DNA of 64,000 nt from a virus: the IMG/VR virus record IMGVR_UViG_3300020410_000948, positions 1-64,000 of that record, one strand, 5' to 3'. Positions 48,101-57,969 of the stretch are shown piece by piece. Each line of letters starts with the position of its first letter. Position 1 is the stretch's first letter. Below the pieces are notes generated by a model, which was given only the letters and a program-made list of their open reading frames with translations, ran no database searches and was not told the DNA's origin. Made by a program: the position numbers and the translations under genes.

Positions 48101-48644
48101 CGCCATTATCATCTTCAAGAGTAAGTTTTACTTTCCATCTTATAGGCATATGTTTGCCAGTACGGGCCGGACGGTTACTGGTGTCAATAGTATAATAGGA
48201 AAAATATTCTTCTTCAAATATCTTCCAAGGAGGGTTTAGACCTTGGGGAGCAAAAGTAATCTCTGGATGGAGCCAAGGACCGCCTCGGGATTGGTATTCT
48301 GCAAAGTCTTTTTTGCACTCAGAATACTTAACTTTGCTTCTATGGTTAAACCGAAAACCTCCATGATCAAACTGTTTCTCTATGAGGCTCTCTATATACT
48401 TTCCATAGTTCGGAAGTTTTCTAGGTAGCTCTTCTTGATTGTTGTCATCGTCAGCAGCTTGAGCGGCTTCTGCATCTTTTTCAGGATCTACATTTTCACA
48501 CAGATACCCAGCAGATTCGATCTCTATTCTGTTTTCACCTTGAACCCGTCTACCTACACGGTGCTCATAACAGACATCATATGTATCAATGATACATCCT
48601 TTTTCTGATTCTTCGCAACAGGAACTACATCCGGGCCTTCCCAT
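45174..48644 (-). CDS. large hypothetical virion protein with N-terminal CxxCC motif
   Basis: 1156 aa, MGRPGCSSCC start, AGGAG RBS, located in the tail block. Confidence 0.75.
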   Translation of the reverse strand: MGRPGCSSCCEESEKGCIIDTYDVCYEHRVGRRVQGENRIEIESAGYLCENVDPEKDAEAAQAADDDNNQEELPRKLPNYGKYIESLIEKQFDHGGFRFNHRSKVKYSECKKDFAEYQSRGGPWLHPEITFAPQGLNPPWKIFEEEYFSYYTIDTSNRPARTGKHMPIRWKVKLTLEDDNGEERGIIVSHAYNPKPQVIEFRFHGEQFGFKDLQGERTCLSRTGSRKNEIPAPLLKLWEDAYLDAINPEDEDDVKTRIQVIKRVTFRSATRTITQLEPVGRILSSSKRMIPCRIQYELKLERIDGGEVEEMEIDDVLLYNPQPQERESFGYQGEMRDNKIELFCWRFVGGKDSDSSWQINEPAKNAMEEFGVVAGSAMSNLGYDVFNWCLTHPFMKHSDGTSWGPTYSDYPRQSGPKTTSNRPQMSQSMPSNSAPEDYIQVLSGQRRRGISITNIPRRDSVIARHLDEHAFKCIEIISEDFRVFNPYVTTMAQIPSKDFEHYGYRYPRHSTLTYNDGEKSDSSGRLRDGIIPNRKVLQKPDRVLRPEPDPGDKPERKDFMQGPEGSVIDRRGDDDFAEALEDWTEKREKYEQYVKDLVNNYNIIKQPWLGGAPFTYTDVKINLEKDIPQRMVTSYAPLGLWNDNATSPDRDDLNKPEEPQSGTIDTPIGGAGDTATNITFPRQRFLFDKNEPPNQMTKQRTIREKNKDELLPLWRNGEEAFYLPQSLLSLLVNGHDLKTGLPSPNNFSNPSMNEPTDDDRLRDIIVVKSRSMRKVPTDKIEDMMEHGLVWYPIGGCETKEIQSVAEFGPSGLPQKLNIRGENEPIDVSEVESASDVFSYPMGDSTYQLQTTYLHGMFRNPFYYRVRSISLINPEKDLYYNRSRRQHVHLEDIAYVKEDLQRGSIVITHDGKEHLNPTRIKLTSSLSWNKIPEETRCPEDPPEPEDLEYAKVLARQDGNTILAGGRECFDEFAKTDGLDYKEIPHSFVLEPFPLHGLFDKESNDGFGKLCLLSDNTAVVTPRISFKHVKKSATSACCDYKFATKEQREATDVLGNPIIPPCIVPDVNSPGEDAFEKFYADNIVYQTGAVSIMNVLREIDLAHNMTFDGEGEPEFTSNVKFKGSQKPNFGYLFGTYLTLEFELEQLSPALDWGVEEEE

Positions 48645-48656
48645 ATTATTCTCCTA

Positions 48657-51600
48657 TTAAGCATTATCGCAACTTATATAAACGATTCGCCACTCATAAT
48701 TTATCCTAACAGCCATAACATAAATATCATAATCCGCATTTCCGGGGTCTACTGACAGTGAAGGATCTCTATTCGTTAGTGTTATTTCATCAGGAGCTTC
48801 GTGCTTCCATTCTGTATCATATGCAGTTGGCCTACCTTTGTTATCAAATTCAGTGGCTTTGCGGTTTCTTCTGTATACTTGCATTGTGGCTGTCGTAGGT
48901 TCTCCACCCTCAGCGGGCTCTACAGCGGTAGTAAGCTTGCCCTCTAGGAATTGAAGACCTCCTGCCCAAACCTGTCTTTCATCATCCCACATAACATGAA
49001 GTGGGCCGGTCTTCCAAAGAGATCTATTCTTTGCGGCATTCTCAACAAGGGTATTGGGAAATGGGTCAGTATTTTCAGATGGCGCATGATTACCACATAT
49101 ATCGTATCCCCATCCGGACAGAAGCATAGGAGTTCTCATACCATATGTTCTTACTTCTGCATTAGCTGGAGTTGGAATCTTTCCATCATTATTTTGTATG
49201 TGTATATTATTTTTGTCGCCCGCAAACCATTCATAGTCATTCATGACAACAGCACCATAATCAATCACACCGCCTTGTCTTTGTGGATAGAAATATGGAT
49301 CTAGTTCGTGAGATGTAGGAAGAGCGTTACCCTCAAGAAAGCCACCCTTGGAGTCCTCTTCCCCGTCTATGTTTGTGGTCTTTTTGGTTTTTAAGACATA
49401 TGGTAATAACTCATATCCTAATTTTGTGTCGCCTCTTTTCCCTTCATTAGGCGTATTCTTTATGCCGACAGGCGTAAATATTTGCTCAGGAGTACAGCCA
49501 AACATTCTGTCGTATGTCTGATAATATTCGGGAATACTATTGGGATCAGGAGAGTTGGCTCTAAGTTCGGGAAGATAGTTTCCCTCTTCATCATAGTAAT
49601 CTCTGTTCACAAAATCTGGATGTGCAGCACCACCAAAGATCATACTCATATCCCAAGAGGTTCTTCTCTGATGAAACGGATTAGCATTTGCTCCGGCAGC
49701 GTTTAATTTTCCTTCTTCAGGGAAAGCAAATCCAGTGAAGAAGTTACTGCCATTCCTATTTCTTACAACCTCCTGATTGTTCATATCATTAGTTCTGGTT
49801 GAACCTGCCGCACCATGTCCAGAAACACCTAAAGATCCAGCTCCGCCCTCTCTAAATCGCTTGATTCTGGCCTTATTAATATCAGCGATTCTTTCTATAT
49901 TATATTTGGCAATTTTCCCAAAATTTCTTGTCCAAGTAGAAAACGTATAATTAGTCGTCATGCCTCCTGTACCGACAGAAACATCCATCTTGGTTATGTA
50001 TGGACCATTTACATCGAACCTCTCTGCCATATTGTACTGAGGAAAAGCAGCAAGAGATAAGCTACCGCTTTCGGATGCATACATATCTGCAGTAGCGGCA
50101 TTCACGAGACTAAATGCGGCCTTGTCCAAAGTTTCAACATCTCCAAAGACTTCTGGTCTAAGATTTTCGTCTTGTTCTACCTCAGCCTTTCCATATTTTG
50201 TCTTGCCATAAGCGTACCAAGGCCCCCAAGTATACATATTACTTTCTTGAGGTATGCAGACAAAACTAGGGTATACTAATCTTGGAGCCTGTCTAATCCT
50301 TGACAAGCCACTATCGTTTTCATTGTTCTGCCATAGCGCGGCGTTGCTGAGGTTGGTGCCGCCTGCTATTACTTGATCTTGAACCTGATTAGCCAAGTTT
50401 CCAATATAATTCCAAACGTATGTATTTCCGTCCGCCTCATAGACCCGAGGGCATGTGACATGAACATATGCCTCTAAAAATCTTTCGTCACAAGGGTCAT
50501 AATTATTATAAGTCTTACCGCGTACTTGCACCTTTAGTCTTGCTGGTGTCGGCAAATAGTGAATTTGCTTATCTATCTGCACATCCGTGGTTCCAATGGT
50601 CACATCGCCGGGATCAACCCGAAAACAACCCTGCTGGTTTATTAAGGGAAACGTTGAGCCTAACTCTGAAAAGTCTGTTTTTATAAGTGGGTTTTCTTGA
50701 GGTTTCCAGCCAGCGCACGCTTTAAGCTTTCCTTCATCAGTATAGGCAGCGTTAAAGTTCCCCTTCGCTCTAAAAGTATGGTCCCAACCACTTTCAGAAA
50801 TTTCCCAAGCTGATTCAAAGTTGTGCTTGTCGTCATCTTTAAATCTTATATTGTTGTCCCTACCGCCGGGCTCTACAGGAAGTCTTACAAAAAAGGTTTT
50901 ACCGTAATAGTTTTGAGCATAGTGAAGAATTGTATCCCATCTGGATTCATATCCTACTCGTTTGGTAACATCACTTCTGTTCGTAAGGTCGTCAGGATGA
51001 AAGTAACTATCAGTCATCGAAGTGACCATACCACTATAACCAGATAGTGCGGAATTCATGCTACTGAAACCCTTCTTTATTTTATTAAATAGGTCTAGCC
51101 CGGCAAGAGAAAATCTGCTGTGAACACCTATGTTTCGTACTGCATCTAGCCCATAGTTTGTCCTGAGTGAGTTATAAAGAACCCAAGTATCTTCGCCCGC
51201 TAAAGCACACCTTAATTCAAGAATAGTAACATCTTCAAACACAAGACCGGCGTTAGCATCGTAAGCCGTTAATACGTCGCTATCGGAAAAACCTGTTCCA
51301 ACATTCCAATTTCCATTAGGTTTTTTACCAAAAGAAGGAATATAATTCAATGCGCAAGCTTCAAATATCCGGCTAGCCTTTCCGCCTAGAAGAAGCTTCT
51401 GAGTTACCACATTGGAAAGTTCGGCGCCGTGACTAGAACTCATATAAAAATTCTGATCATTAGGCTTGCCTTTATGTTCATTTATAATTTTTTCAATTAC
51501 ACCAGATTCTGTTGGTTTTGATTTATCCAGTATCTTGAAGGATATAGCTGGTCCAATAATAGGTTTGTCTGGATCGTTATCTTCGTAAAGCTGTGGTATC

Positions 51601-52982
51601 ACTCCGTTGACAATATCACCCTTGTTTGCAAAGGCGATGTTCCCAGTCCCGGTGGCTGCAAGGTTAGGTGTAACTAAATCAGTGGGAGCCGGAACAAGAT
51701 CTAAAATACAAACATAATCGGCAACTATCATCTCGCATGCTTCTTGCACAATAGCATTAACGTTTTGGATTGGCCCCTTCATTCTTAGAAAATCACTATC
51801 TGTAATAACCTCAGCTATCTTCTCCTTTAACATTGTGAAATCTATAGTCATTAAAGATTCGCCATAGTGAACAGGGCCTCCAATAACTTCAGAGTCATCA
51901 TACTTAGGGACTACATATGCGTCAGAACTAGGTATTTCAGGAAGGCCCACAGTATTGACGTTTGTCATCTTGGTTGGTGAAGATGTACTACTATTTAAAG
52001 TATATGGTGTATACCTGTATCCAGACTTAGATATGTTTTCTATTAAAGTAAGCAACCCTAACCCCCGAAGAGATGTGTTGGCATCCATCAGTCGCATACC
52101 ATATTTATTTATGTCTGGCTGACTGAAGAAACCTCTTCCTGTGGTTATGTTGTCATCATCAAAAATAAATCTGTAATTAGACAAAATACCATACGGATTA
52201 TATACATTTCTTATCTGACTAGTAAACAAAGGGGAACCATAAAAATCTTTACATTCATAGGCACAAAGTGTTCCATCTGGCATTTTAACTTGATTACAAG
52301 CAGCGTTACCCCATTGGGTTACAGTAAAACCCGCAGGGTCAAGCATATTATTTTGCTGAAAAGACGAACCATTGAAGTCCGCCATAATAACCTGAACACC
52401 CTCAAGAGCCTTAGATGGCGACTCAAAAACAATATCATATGTTCTGCCGCCAGTGCTTTCGCTATAGGTATGTCTCTGGAAAATACCAGCAAACTGAAAA
52501 CCTTCTACTTTTTTTCCAGTATCGTCTTTGAGCCTGTTGCCCGGAAACATAAATTGACAGGCTGTTCCAACTGCAGGAAAGCCCTCAACTCTTTCCATAA
52601 TGAACTCACCCGCCGCAGTTTTTTGCGGCACGCCATCAGCATCTTTTTTGTAGACGTAATGATGTATCAATACAGGGTCAGACTCCATGACTTTAGTGTT
52701 TGTAGCACTTGTAGCTTCGTCTGTCGCATCTGTAGTGGTCTGGGCAGTATCGTCAGTGCCGTCTGCGTTTTTAGGAAAATATAGAGGTTCGCCGTCTGCA
52801 TTCCTTGACTGAACCATATTGTTCGGGTCTTCAGCTATTTTCATTTGTAGGGTGCTTGATTCAGCCCCATAGCCAACAGAAGAAGTAAAGTCTAAAACAT
52901 ACGCTCCAAACATACGTATAGGCTCAGTGATTGCTTGCCCTGCTTCAGGTTGCCACTTTGATACTTGATTTGCTTCCGCCAT
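48657..52982 (-). CDS. large putative tail-tip/baseplate protein
   Basis: 1441 aa downstream of the tape-measure gene; ends WRIVYISCDNA. Function inferred from position. Confidence 0.65.
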   Translation of the reverse strand: MAEANQVSKWQPEAGQAITEPIRMFGAYVLDFTSSVGYGAESSTLQMKIAEDPNNMVQSRNADGEPLYFPKNADGTDDTAQTTTDATDEATSATNTKVMESDPVLIHHYVYKKDADGVPQKTAAGEFIMERVEGFPAVGTACQFMFPGNRLKDDTGKKVEGFQFAGIFQRHTYSESTGGRTYDIVFESPSKALEGVQVIMADFNGSSFQQNNMLDPAGFTVTQWGNAACNQVKMPDGTLCAYECKDFYGSPLFTSQIRNVYNPYGILSNYRFIFDDDNITTGRGFFSQPDINKYGMRLMDANTSLRGLGLLTLIENISKSGYRYTPYTLNSSTSSPTKMTNVNTVGLPEIPSSDAYVVPKYDDSEVIGGPVHYGESLMTIDFTMLKEKIAEVITDSDFLRMKGPIQNVNAIVQEACEMIVADYVCILDLVPAPTDLVTPNLAATGTGNIAFANKGDIVNGVIPQLYEDNDPDKPIIGPAISFKILDKSKPTESGVIEKIINEHKGKPNDQNFYMSSSHGAELSNVVTQKLLLGGKASRIFEACALNYIPSFGKKPNGNWNVGTGFSDSDVLTAYDANAGLVFEDVTILELRCALAGEDTWVLYNSLRTNYGLDAVRNIGVHSRFSLAGLDLFNKIKKGFSSMNSALSGYSGMVTSMTDSYFHPDDLTNRSDVTKRVGYESRWDTILHYAQNYYGKTFFVRLPVEPGGRDNNIRFKDDDKHNFESAWEISESGWDHTFRAKGNFNAAYTDEGKLKACAGWKPQENPLIKTDFSELGSTFPLINQQGCFRVDPGDVTIGTTDVQIDKQIHYLPTPARLKVQVRGKTYNNYDPCDERFLEAYVHVTCPRVYEADGNTYVWNYIGNLANQVQDQVIAGGTNLSNAALWQNNENDSGLSRIRQAPRLVYPSFVCIPQESNMYTWGPWYAYGKTKYGKAEVEQDENLRPEVFGDVETLDKAAFSLVNAATADMYASESGSLSLAAFPQYNMAERFDVNGPYITKMDVSVGTGGMTTNYTFSTWTRNFGKIAKYNIERIADINKARIKRFREGGAGSLGVSGHGAAGSTRTNDMNNQEVVRNRNGSNFFTGFAFPEEGKLNAAGANANPFHQRRTSWDMSMIFGGAAHPDFVNRDYYDEEGNYLPELRANSPDPNSIPEYYQTYDRMFGCTPEQIFTPVGIKNTPNEGKRGDTKLGYELLPYVLKTKKTTNIDGEEDSKGGFLEGNALPTSHELDPYFYPQRQGGVIDYGAVVMNDYEWFAGDKNNIHIQNNDGKIPTPANAEVRTYGMRTPMLLSGWGYDICGNHAPSENTDPFPNTLVENAAKNRSLWKTGPLHVMWDDERQVWAGGLQFLEGKLTTAVEPAEGGEPTTATMQVYRRNRKATEFDNKGRPTAYDTEWKHEAPDEITLTNRDPSLSVDPGNADYDIYVMAVRINYEWRIVYISCDNA

Positions 52983-52983
52983 A

Positions 52984-54684
52984 TTAGTATGCCCACTCCA
53001 CGCTAATTGTTAATGCTCCTGTCGATTCATTCCACCCTTCGCTATAACTCTGCTGCCAGAAGTTTGTGCCTTCAGTTCCTGCAGGTTTATATGAGTTGAC
53101 AGCACTCTCTGCCGATTCAACTTTTGATTTTCCTAAACTAATGTGAGTCCCACTATTTTTAATATAGTTAGTAATTGCCTCTCTTACGTTCACAGTCGCT
53201 CCTTCGTGATCAATTTCTTTCTTAAATGTCCAGTTCAATGAGACACTTCTTCTCTGTTCCCCAGAAGTTCCCATGTCTTGAATAACCGGACCATTGTCTT
53301 TCCCTATAACAGCAAGCAAAGCTATGACTCTGTTTGTGTGCCCTTTATTGTTGTCTGTGACCTCTATGCTCTCCTCAATAGTATCATCATTTTCCTGCGG
53401 CTTATCATTATAGGTCATTGAGACAGTAATTACACCACTAATTCTGTTCTTGCTAATACTGATTGCCTGCTCCACTGTGGCTAATGTATCAGCTCCCTCT
53501 GCGTCAGGATCAATAGATTTTCTTTCTTGATAAAAAGTATTAGAAAGAGAATACGAGTCATTTAAAACACCTGCCAGCGCCGTCTCTGCATTAGTAATCT
53601 TGTTCTGCTCTCTAACGTCAACAGAATTGCTTAGTCCTGTAATGGTACAGTTAAAATTAACAGTAGATACACCCTCTTCATCTGTGTCAAATGACATATC
53701 AAAATCTACAGTATGATTCTGTTTTGACAAAATCCAAGTTTCTGTTATAGCGTAAGTTCCACCTGTGGTGTCAGGACTAAACTCTTTCTTGTAATCATAC
53801 GCAGTATATGTAGACAGATCTATCATAGAAATATTATCTGCGGACTCATCTACCTCGGTCGTGCTAGTATCGTCTGCCACATCTACAAGCATACCCATCC
53901 TATCCACCTTAAAAGATGTGGCTGTATTGCCTGCCTCATCAGTGGTAATAGTTTTGGCTATTGGGTTTGTTACCAGTCTTGAGTTAACCCACTTCTGAGC
54001 CTCTGCCCACCCAGAAACACCCCATGTTCCAGAAGTATACTTGTCATATCCCGTAGCACTAATCGTATGAGTTAGAGTGTAGGTTTTAAATAAAGTGCCA
54101 GAAAGCCCCGATGTAGCGTCGGCAGATTCATCTTCTGCTTCTGTGGTTGGATCGTCTTCAACACTGGCTGTTGAGTTAACGAAAATTTGCCCTTCATTTT
54201 CAGCAAGACTCCAGTTTTCTTCAGCAGAACTTAAGTAGTATATGGAGCCCTGTTTTCCACTATCGGCAGCATGCGCTTCAAAATTGAATGTGTACTCTGC
54301 GGTTTGAGTCCCGCCAGTTTCGTCGTCTCCTTCGGGAAAATCTACGGAAACTAATCTTGCGTCACTAAAGGTGAAGTTTTTGCCAGTTGAACCTGATCCA
54401 TAGGGATCTATATCTAATGTCCCGGTAGGTCGCTTGTTTTCAAGCAATGCTAAGAGCGCATTTTGCCTTGCCATTAAGTTGCCCTGACGGGCGCCGAGCG
54501 TGGTTATATTTCCGCTTGCAAGCATTGAGCCAGTAACAGTGATATTGTATATAACATCAAGCAAGATGCCCTGTTCGCTTTGCACTCTCTCTGCAGAGAT
54601 ACTGTACTTAGGGTTTGGCCCAGTGGCATCAGTGCCCCCTATGACTACTGAGTCTCCACCATCTGGATTAAATGTTACCGCCAT
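52984..54684 (-). CDS. putative tail structural protein
   Basis: 566 aa, Thr/Ser/acidic and beta-rich, AGGAG RBS, located in the tail block. Confidence 0.65.
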   Translation of the reverse strand: MAVTFNPDGGDSVVIGGTDATGPNPKYSISAERVQSEQGILLDVIYNITVTGSMLASGNITTLGARQGNLMARQNALLALLENKRPTGTLDIDPYGSGSTGKNFTFSDARLVSVDFPEGDDETGGTQTAEYTFNFEAHAADSGKQGSIYYLSSAEENWSLAENEGQIFVNSTASVEDDPTTEAEDESADATSGLSGTLFKTYTLTHTISATGYDKYTSGTWGVSGWAEAQKWVNSRLVTNPIAKTITTDEAGNTATSFKVDRMGMLVDVADDTSTTEVDESADNISMIDLSTYTAYDYKKEFSPDTTGGTYAITETWILSKQNHTVDFDMSFDTDEEGVSTVNFNCTITGLSNSVDVREQNKITNAETALAGVLNDSYSLSNTFYQERKSIDPDAEGADTLATVEQAISISKNRISGVITVSMTYNDKPQENDDTIEESIEVTDNNKGHTNRVIALLAVIGKDNGPVIQDMGTSGEQRRSVSLNWTFKKEIDHEGATVNVREAITNYIKNSGTHISLGKSKVESAESAVNSYKPAGTEGTNFWQQSYSEGWNESTGALTISVEWAY

Positions 54685-54699
54685 CTATATTGCTCCTTC

Positions 54700-57600
54700 C
54701 TACAGTTGATAACCTTTTGTATATAACGAAGCGTCTTTGTTTATAGCTCCAAAAACTCCTGAAATAGCGACATTCATATCGCCATTAACTATGTTCGCCC
54801 CACTAGTATACACATTTACGTTAGAACTGACAGTAATATTAGTCAGCGACATATTCATAGTCTTTTCAATTTCTTGACCTCCACTCAAGCCCTTTCTATA
54901 TAATACTAAATCTACCCCTGAATTAGCAGGACCAGCAGCATTCATTACTATATCTAGACCTTTTCTTGTGATTATACCGCCAACAAGAGAATCTCTTGGT
55001 ATTGAAGTTTGCGTGTTCTGCAACATTAAGTCATTAGCTTTAGCGTCTGTACCGCTAGGCTCATCAACTCTAAGTAGAATGTCCATGTCGCCAGACCCTA
55101 CCAGAAATTCAGGCCCTTTCATTACAGCGGTGGTTATTCCACTAGCAGGACCAAAGTCTCCAGCTCCAAGATAAAGTGACCTAAGTCCAGTTATGTTTCC
55201 TGTTCCGGGGCCTATCGCATTTGCAATCTGTAGATTCTGTTGGCCAGAGGCATCAAATATGTCTACTTGCGGCAAGAACAAATCGAACCCAAGCTGTTCT
55301 GAGTTGCCCACAGCGCCAAGCAAAGAAAGGTCCGCTTGTTTAGTAGCTGCCGCGTGAGGCTCAGCCATCAAATTCATAGCTCCAGTTAGTCCGGATGGGC
55401 CAGACATATATGTGGTTAGAATTCCGCTAGAGGGTCTTCTTTCAGCAGTTATGAATAATGGGAAGTCTAGCTCTGTGCTCGCCCTCATGTGTAATGGTAT
55501 TATTCCAGTAGAGCCTCCGGGAGATGCCATATACAATGTTGTAGCACCCGTTACACCATATGCTGCGAACGTAACGCTCATATCGTTATTGGCTGTACCA
55601 AATGTCTGCATAGACAAGTCTACTATGCCTGTTGATTGTAGAGGGCCTTGAAGCATAAGTGTTCCACTGAGATCGGAAAGATTCATCAATGAAATTTTCT
55701 GGATCGTTACCTTCTTACCTAAAGCATACGTAGCTGAGAAGTCTCTTCCTACCAGAAGAACAGCAGAGCCGAGAAGGTCAAACTTTTTACACATAGTTAT
55801 TGTCTCTGTAGAGCTGGACACCTTTTCTCCGGCTATGTATTGTTCTATTTCCGAACTTATATTACTAGAAGAGTAGCTAGTGCTGCTAGAGTTTCTTGGG
55901 TCTTGAACTTCAGATGCTGTATTTGTAAACAGGCTACTTGAAGACGAACTCACGAATGAACCAAACCTATTACTGGTAGATGTGTAAGATTTGTCCAGTC
56001 TTGGAGTGCCATCAGAGTCAACAACAAACTGATAAGCTTTTTTAGATACAGGTTCTCCCACAGACAGGAACTCACTAACAGAATCATAGTCTATATCATA
56101 TCCAAACAGTTTGGGCTCATATCCGCAAGATCCTTCGCCGGCAATATTGGTAGAAGTGAATCCTCCCGCATACACCGAATCAGTATTTGACCAGCCTCCA
56201 TCGTTTTTGAATATATAAACTGCACCGTTTGGCGAAGAAGCGTTTGTGGCTGACAAAGTATTATTCGCAACGTAGTTGTCCATAAGTGGAGCCGAGACAA
56301 ACGCGAGGTCTCCGGAAACGATTATTCTACTGCCAAATCCAACCTTTGTGCCTTCTGGCAAGTTGTATCTGTTATCGTAGTATCCTGTGCCGTCTGAAGT
56401 GTCACTAAAAGAAAAGGCAGTGGTGTAGCCAGAATATGAGTCAGAAGCCAGCATTACTTTAACTGAGGCATATCTATTACTCTGCTTATCAAAGTACAAG
56501 TCTTCCCCATTCCAAGCGACTGATGTGCCCATAATGATATTTAATTTTTCATCTAAACGAGTGTCAGCCGTCCAGCTTTTAGATGACACGGCTTTAGTTA
56601 GCTTCCATCCATCAACAGAAGATGTAATAATTTCCTTAGTTACAATCGGATTTAAAGCGCATATATCTGTTATATCTGAGCTTACAGTAGATGTAGTTAT
56701 TGTAGAAGGCTCTAATATACAAACAATATCTTTATAAGAAGAAGATACTTCAACCCGTATTGAAACAGCAATTTTATGAGCGGGCGAAATCTTGACATCT
56801 TTATAAAATATCTTTATAAAATTCTCGTCACTATTTATTACGCCAGCAGCCTTGAGTTCCTCTAGAAAATTGTCGTATGTATATTTCAGTTTGACGGAAG
56901 AGGAGTTTACTACCTCGAATATTTGCAAAGCATACTGCGTAGATAGCACACTAGTGTTTGATCCTATTGCTAAATAAGTGCCGTTAGAGTCAATAGATGT
57001 TCTACTTGTCTCATTCTCATAGAAGCTGTCAGCGTAAAAACCACTGTATTGAGCTATGGTAGAACCAATGCTAGAAATTCTTCTATATCCATAATCCATG
57101 CTGCTTTCAAGAAGTTTATTTCTGGATATCGAGTTAGAGTTTGTTGGCGATATTACAGCCTCTGCACTTGTACTGGTGTCAAATGGAGCAGTTGAAAGAG
57201 ATGGCAACGACTGATGTGAAAAGTTGTTACTTAAGGAATTTGCGGAAGGCGCTATGCTTCCAGAAGCGTACAGTGTAGTGTCGGCAACTGCTGGCTCAGG
57301 AGCTTGCATAAATAGATCAAGGTCTTCACTCATATTCCTATCGTTAAGGAATAGAGTCGTGTTGGAGGAAGCGAGAGCGTGCCCGTGCTGGTCTAAATCA
57401 ATTCCACTACCGAAAAACTCCGTGTTCAAAACAAGAGGCATGTCTGCATTTACAGGATCTGGTGAACCCATGTATAAGGGAGGCGCACCAGTCGCAGAGT
57501 TTCGGTTTATATGTAGCGTCATATTATTATTTAATATGTTAGCTCCGAAAGTGCGTAAATTACCTTCAGCACAAGGTATACTGTTTACCGCGCCATGAAC

Positions 57601-57969
57601 ACCAGAAAAAGCAATGTTCATATTAGCGTTATCAGGTGCAGGCTGTCCAATAGCTAAGTTTAGCGCGCCTGTAGCAGAGACATTTCCTATATTCAAGTCG
57701 ATGCCTTGAGTGACGCCAGAGCCTCCAGCAAACTGAAGATCAAGAGCAGAGTTAACTCTACTACCAAGCGGTGTAGGTGTGAAAAGGCCCATACCATCGC
57801 ATCTAAAACCAAGAACTTCAGGTACGCTCAATGTTCTAAACGTCGAAGACCTAGTAGCTCCTATCTTCAATGGCATGTCGCCAACAGAGGAGGCTATCCC
57901 CTTTACATATGCTATAGTATCTCCGCTAGCTGGCACAGAGCCAGTTAGGAATAAAGTTCCTTTACTCAT
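54700..57969 (-). CDS. putative tail protein with short beta repeats flanking an FG-GAP-like propeller
   Basis: Repeating xxL(F/Y)xxG units at both ends; GFGSRIIVSGDLAFVSAP...GAVYIF and LFGYDIDYD...LSVGEP in the middle. Confidence 0.7.
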   Translation of the reverse strand: MSKGTLFLTGSVPASGDTIAYVKGIASSVGDMPLKIGATRSSTFRTLSVPEVLGFRCDGMGLFTPTPLGSRVNSALDLQFAGGSGVTQGIDLNIGNVSATGALNLAIGQPAPDNANMNIAFSGVHGAVNSIPCAEGNLRTFGANILNNNMTLHINRNSATGAPPLYMGSPDPVNADMPLVLNTEFFGSGIDLDQHGHALASSNTTLFLNDRNMSEDLDLFMQAPEPAVADTTLYASGSIAPSANSLSNNFSHQSLPSLSTAPFDTSTSAEAVISPTNSNSISRNKLLESSMDYGYRRISSIGSTIAQYSGFYADSFYENETSRTSIDSNGTYLAIGSNTSVLSTQYALQIFEVVNSSSVKLKYTYDNFLEELKAAGVINSDENFIKIFYKDVKISPAHKIAVSIRVEVSSSYKDIVCILEPSTITTSTVSSDITDICALNPIVTKEIITSSVDGWKLTKAVSSKSWTADTRLDEKLNIIMGTSVAWNGEDLYFDKQSNRYASVKVMLASDSYSGYTTAFSFSDTSDGTGYYDNRYNLPEGTKVGFGSRIIVSGDLAFVSAPLMDNYVANNTLSATNASSPNGAVYIFKNDGGWSNTDSVYAGGFTSTNIAGEGSCGYEPKLFGYDIDYDSVSEFLSVGEPVSKKAYQFVVDSDGTPRLDKSYTSTSNRFGSFVSSSSSSLFTNTASEVQDPRNSSSTSYSSSNISSEIEQYIAGEKVSSSTETITMCKKFDLLGSAVLLVGRDFSATYALGKKVTIQKISLMNLSDLSGTLMLQGPLQSTGIVDLSMQTFGTANNDMSVTFAAYGVTGATTLYMASPGGSTGIIPLHMRASTELDFPLFITAERRPSSGILTTYMSGPSGLTGAMNLMAEPHAAATKQADLSLLGAVGNSEQLGFDLFLPQVDIFDASGQQNLQIANAIGPGTGNITGLRSLYLGAGDFGPASGITTAVMKGPEFLVGSGDMDILLRVDEPSGTDAKANDLMLQNTQTSIPRDSLVGGIITRKGLDIVMNAAGPANSGVDLVLYRKGLSGGQEIEKTMNMSLTNITVSSNVNVYTSGANIVNGDMNVAISGVFGAINKDASLYTKGYQL

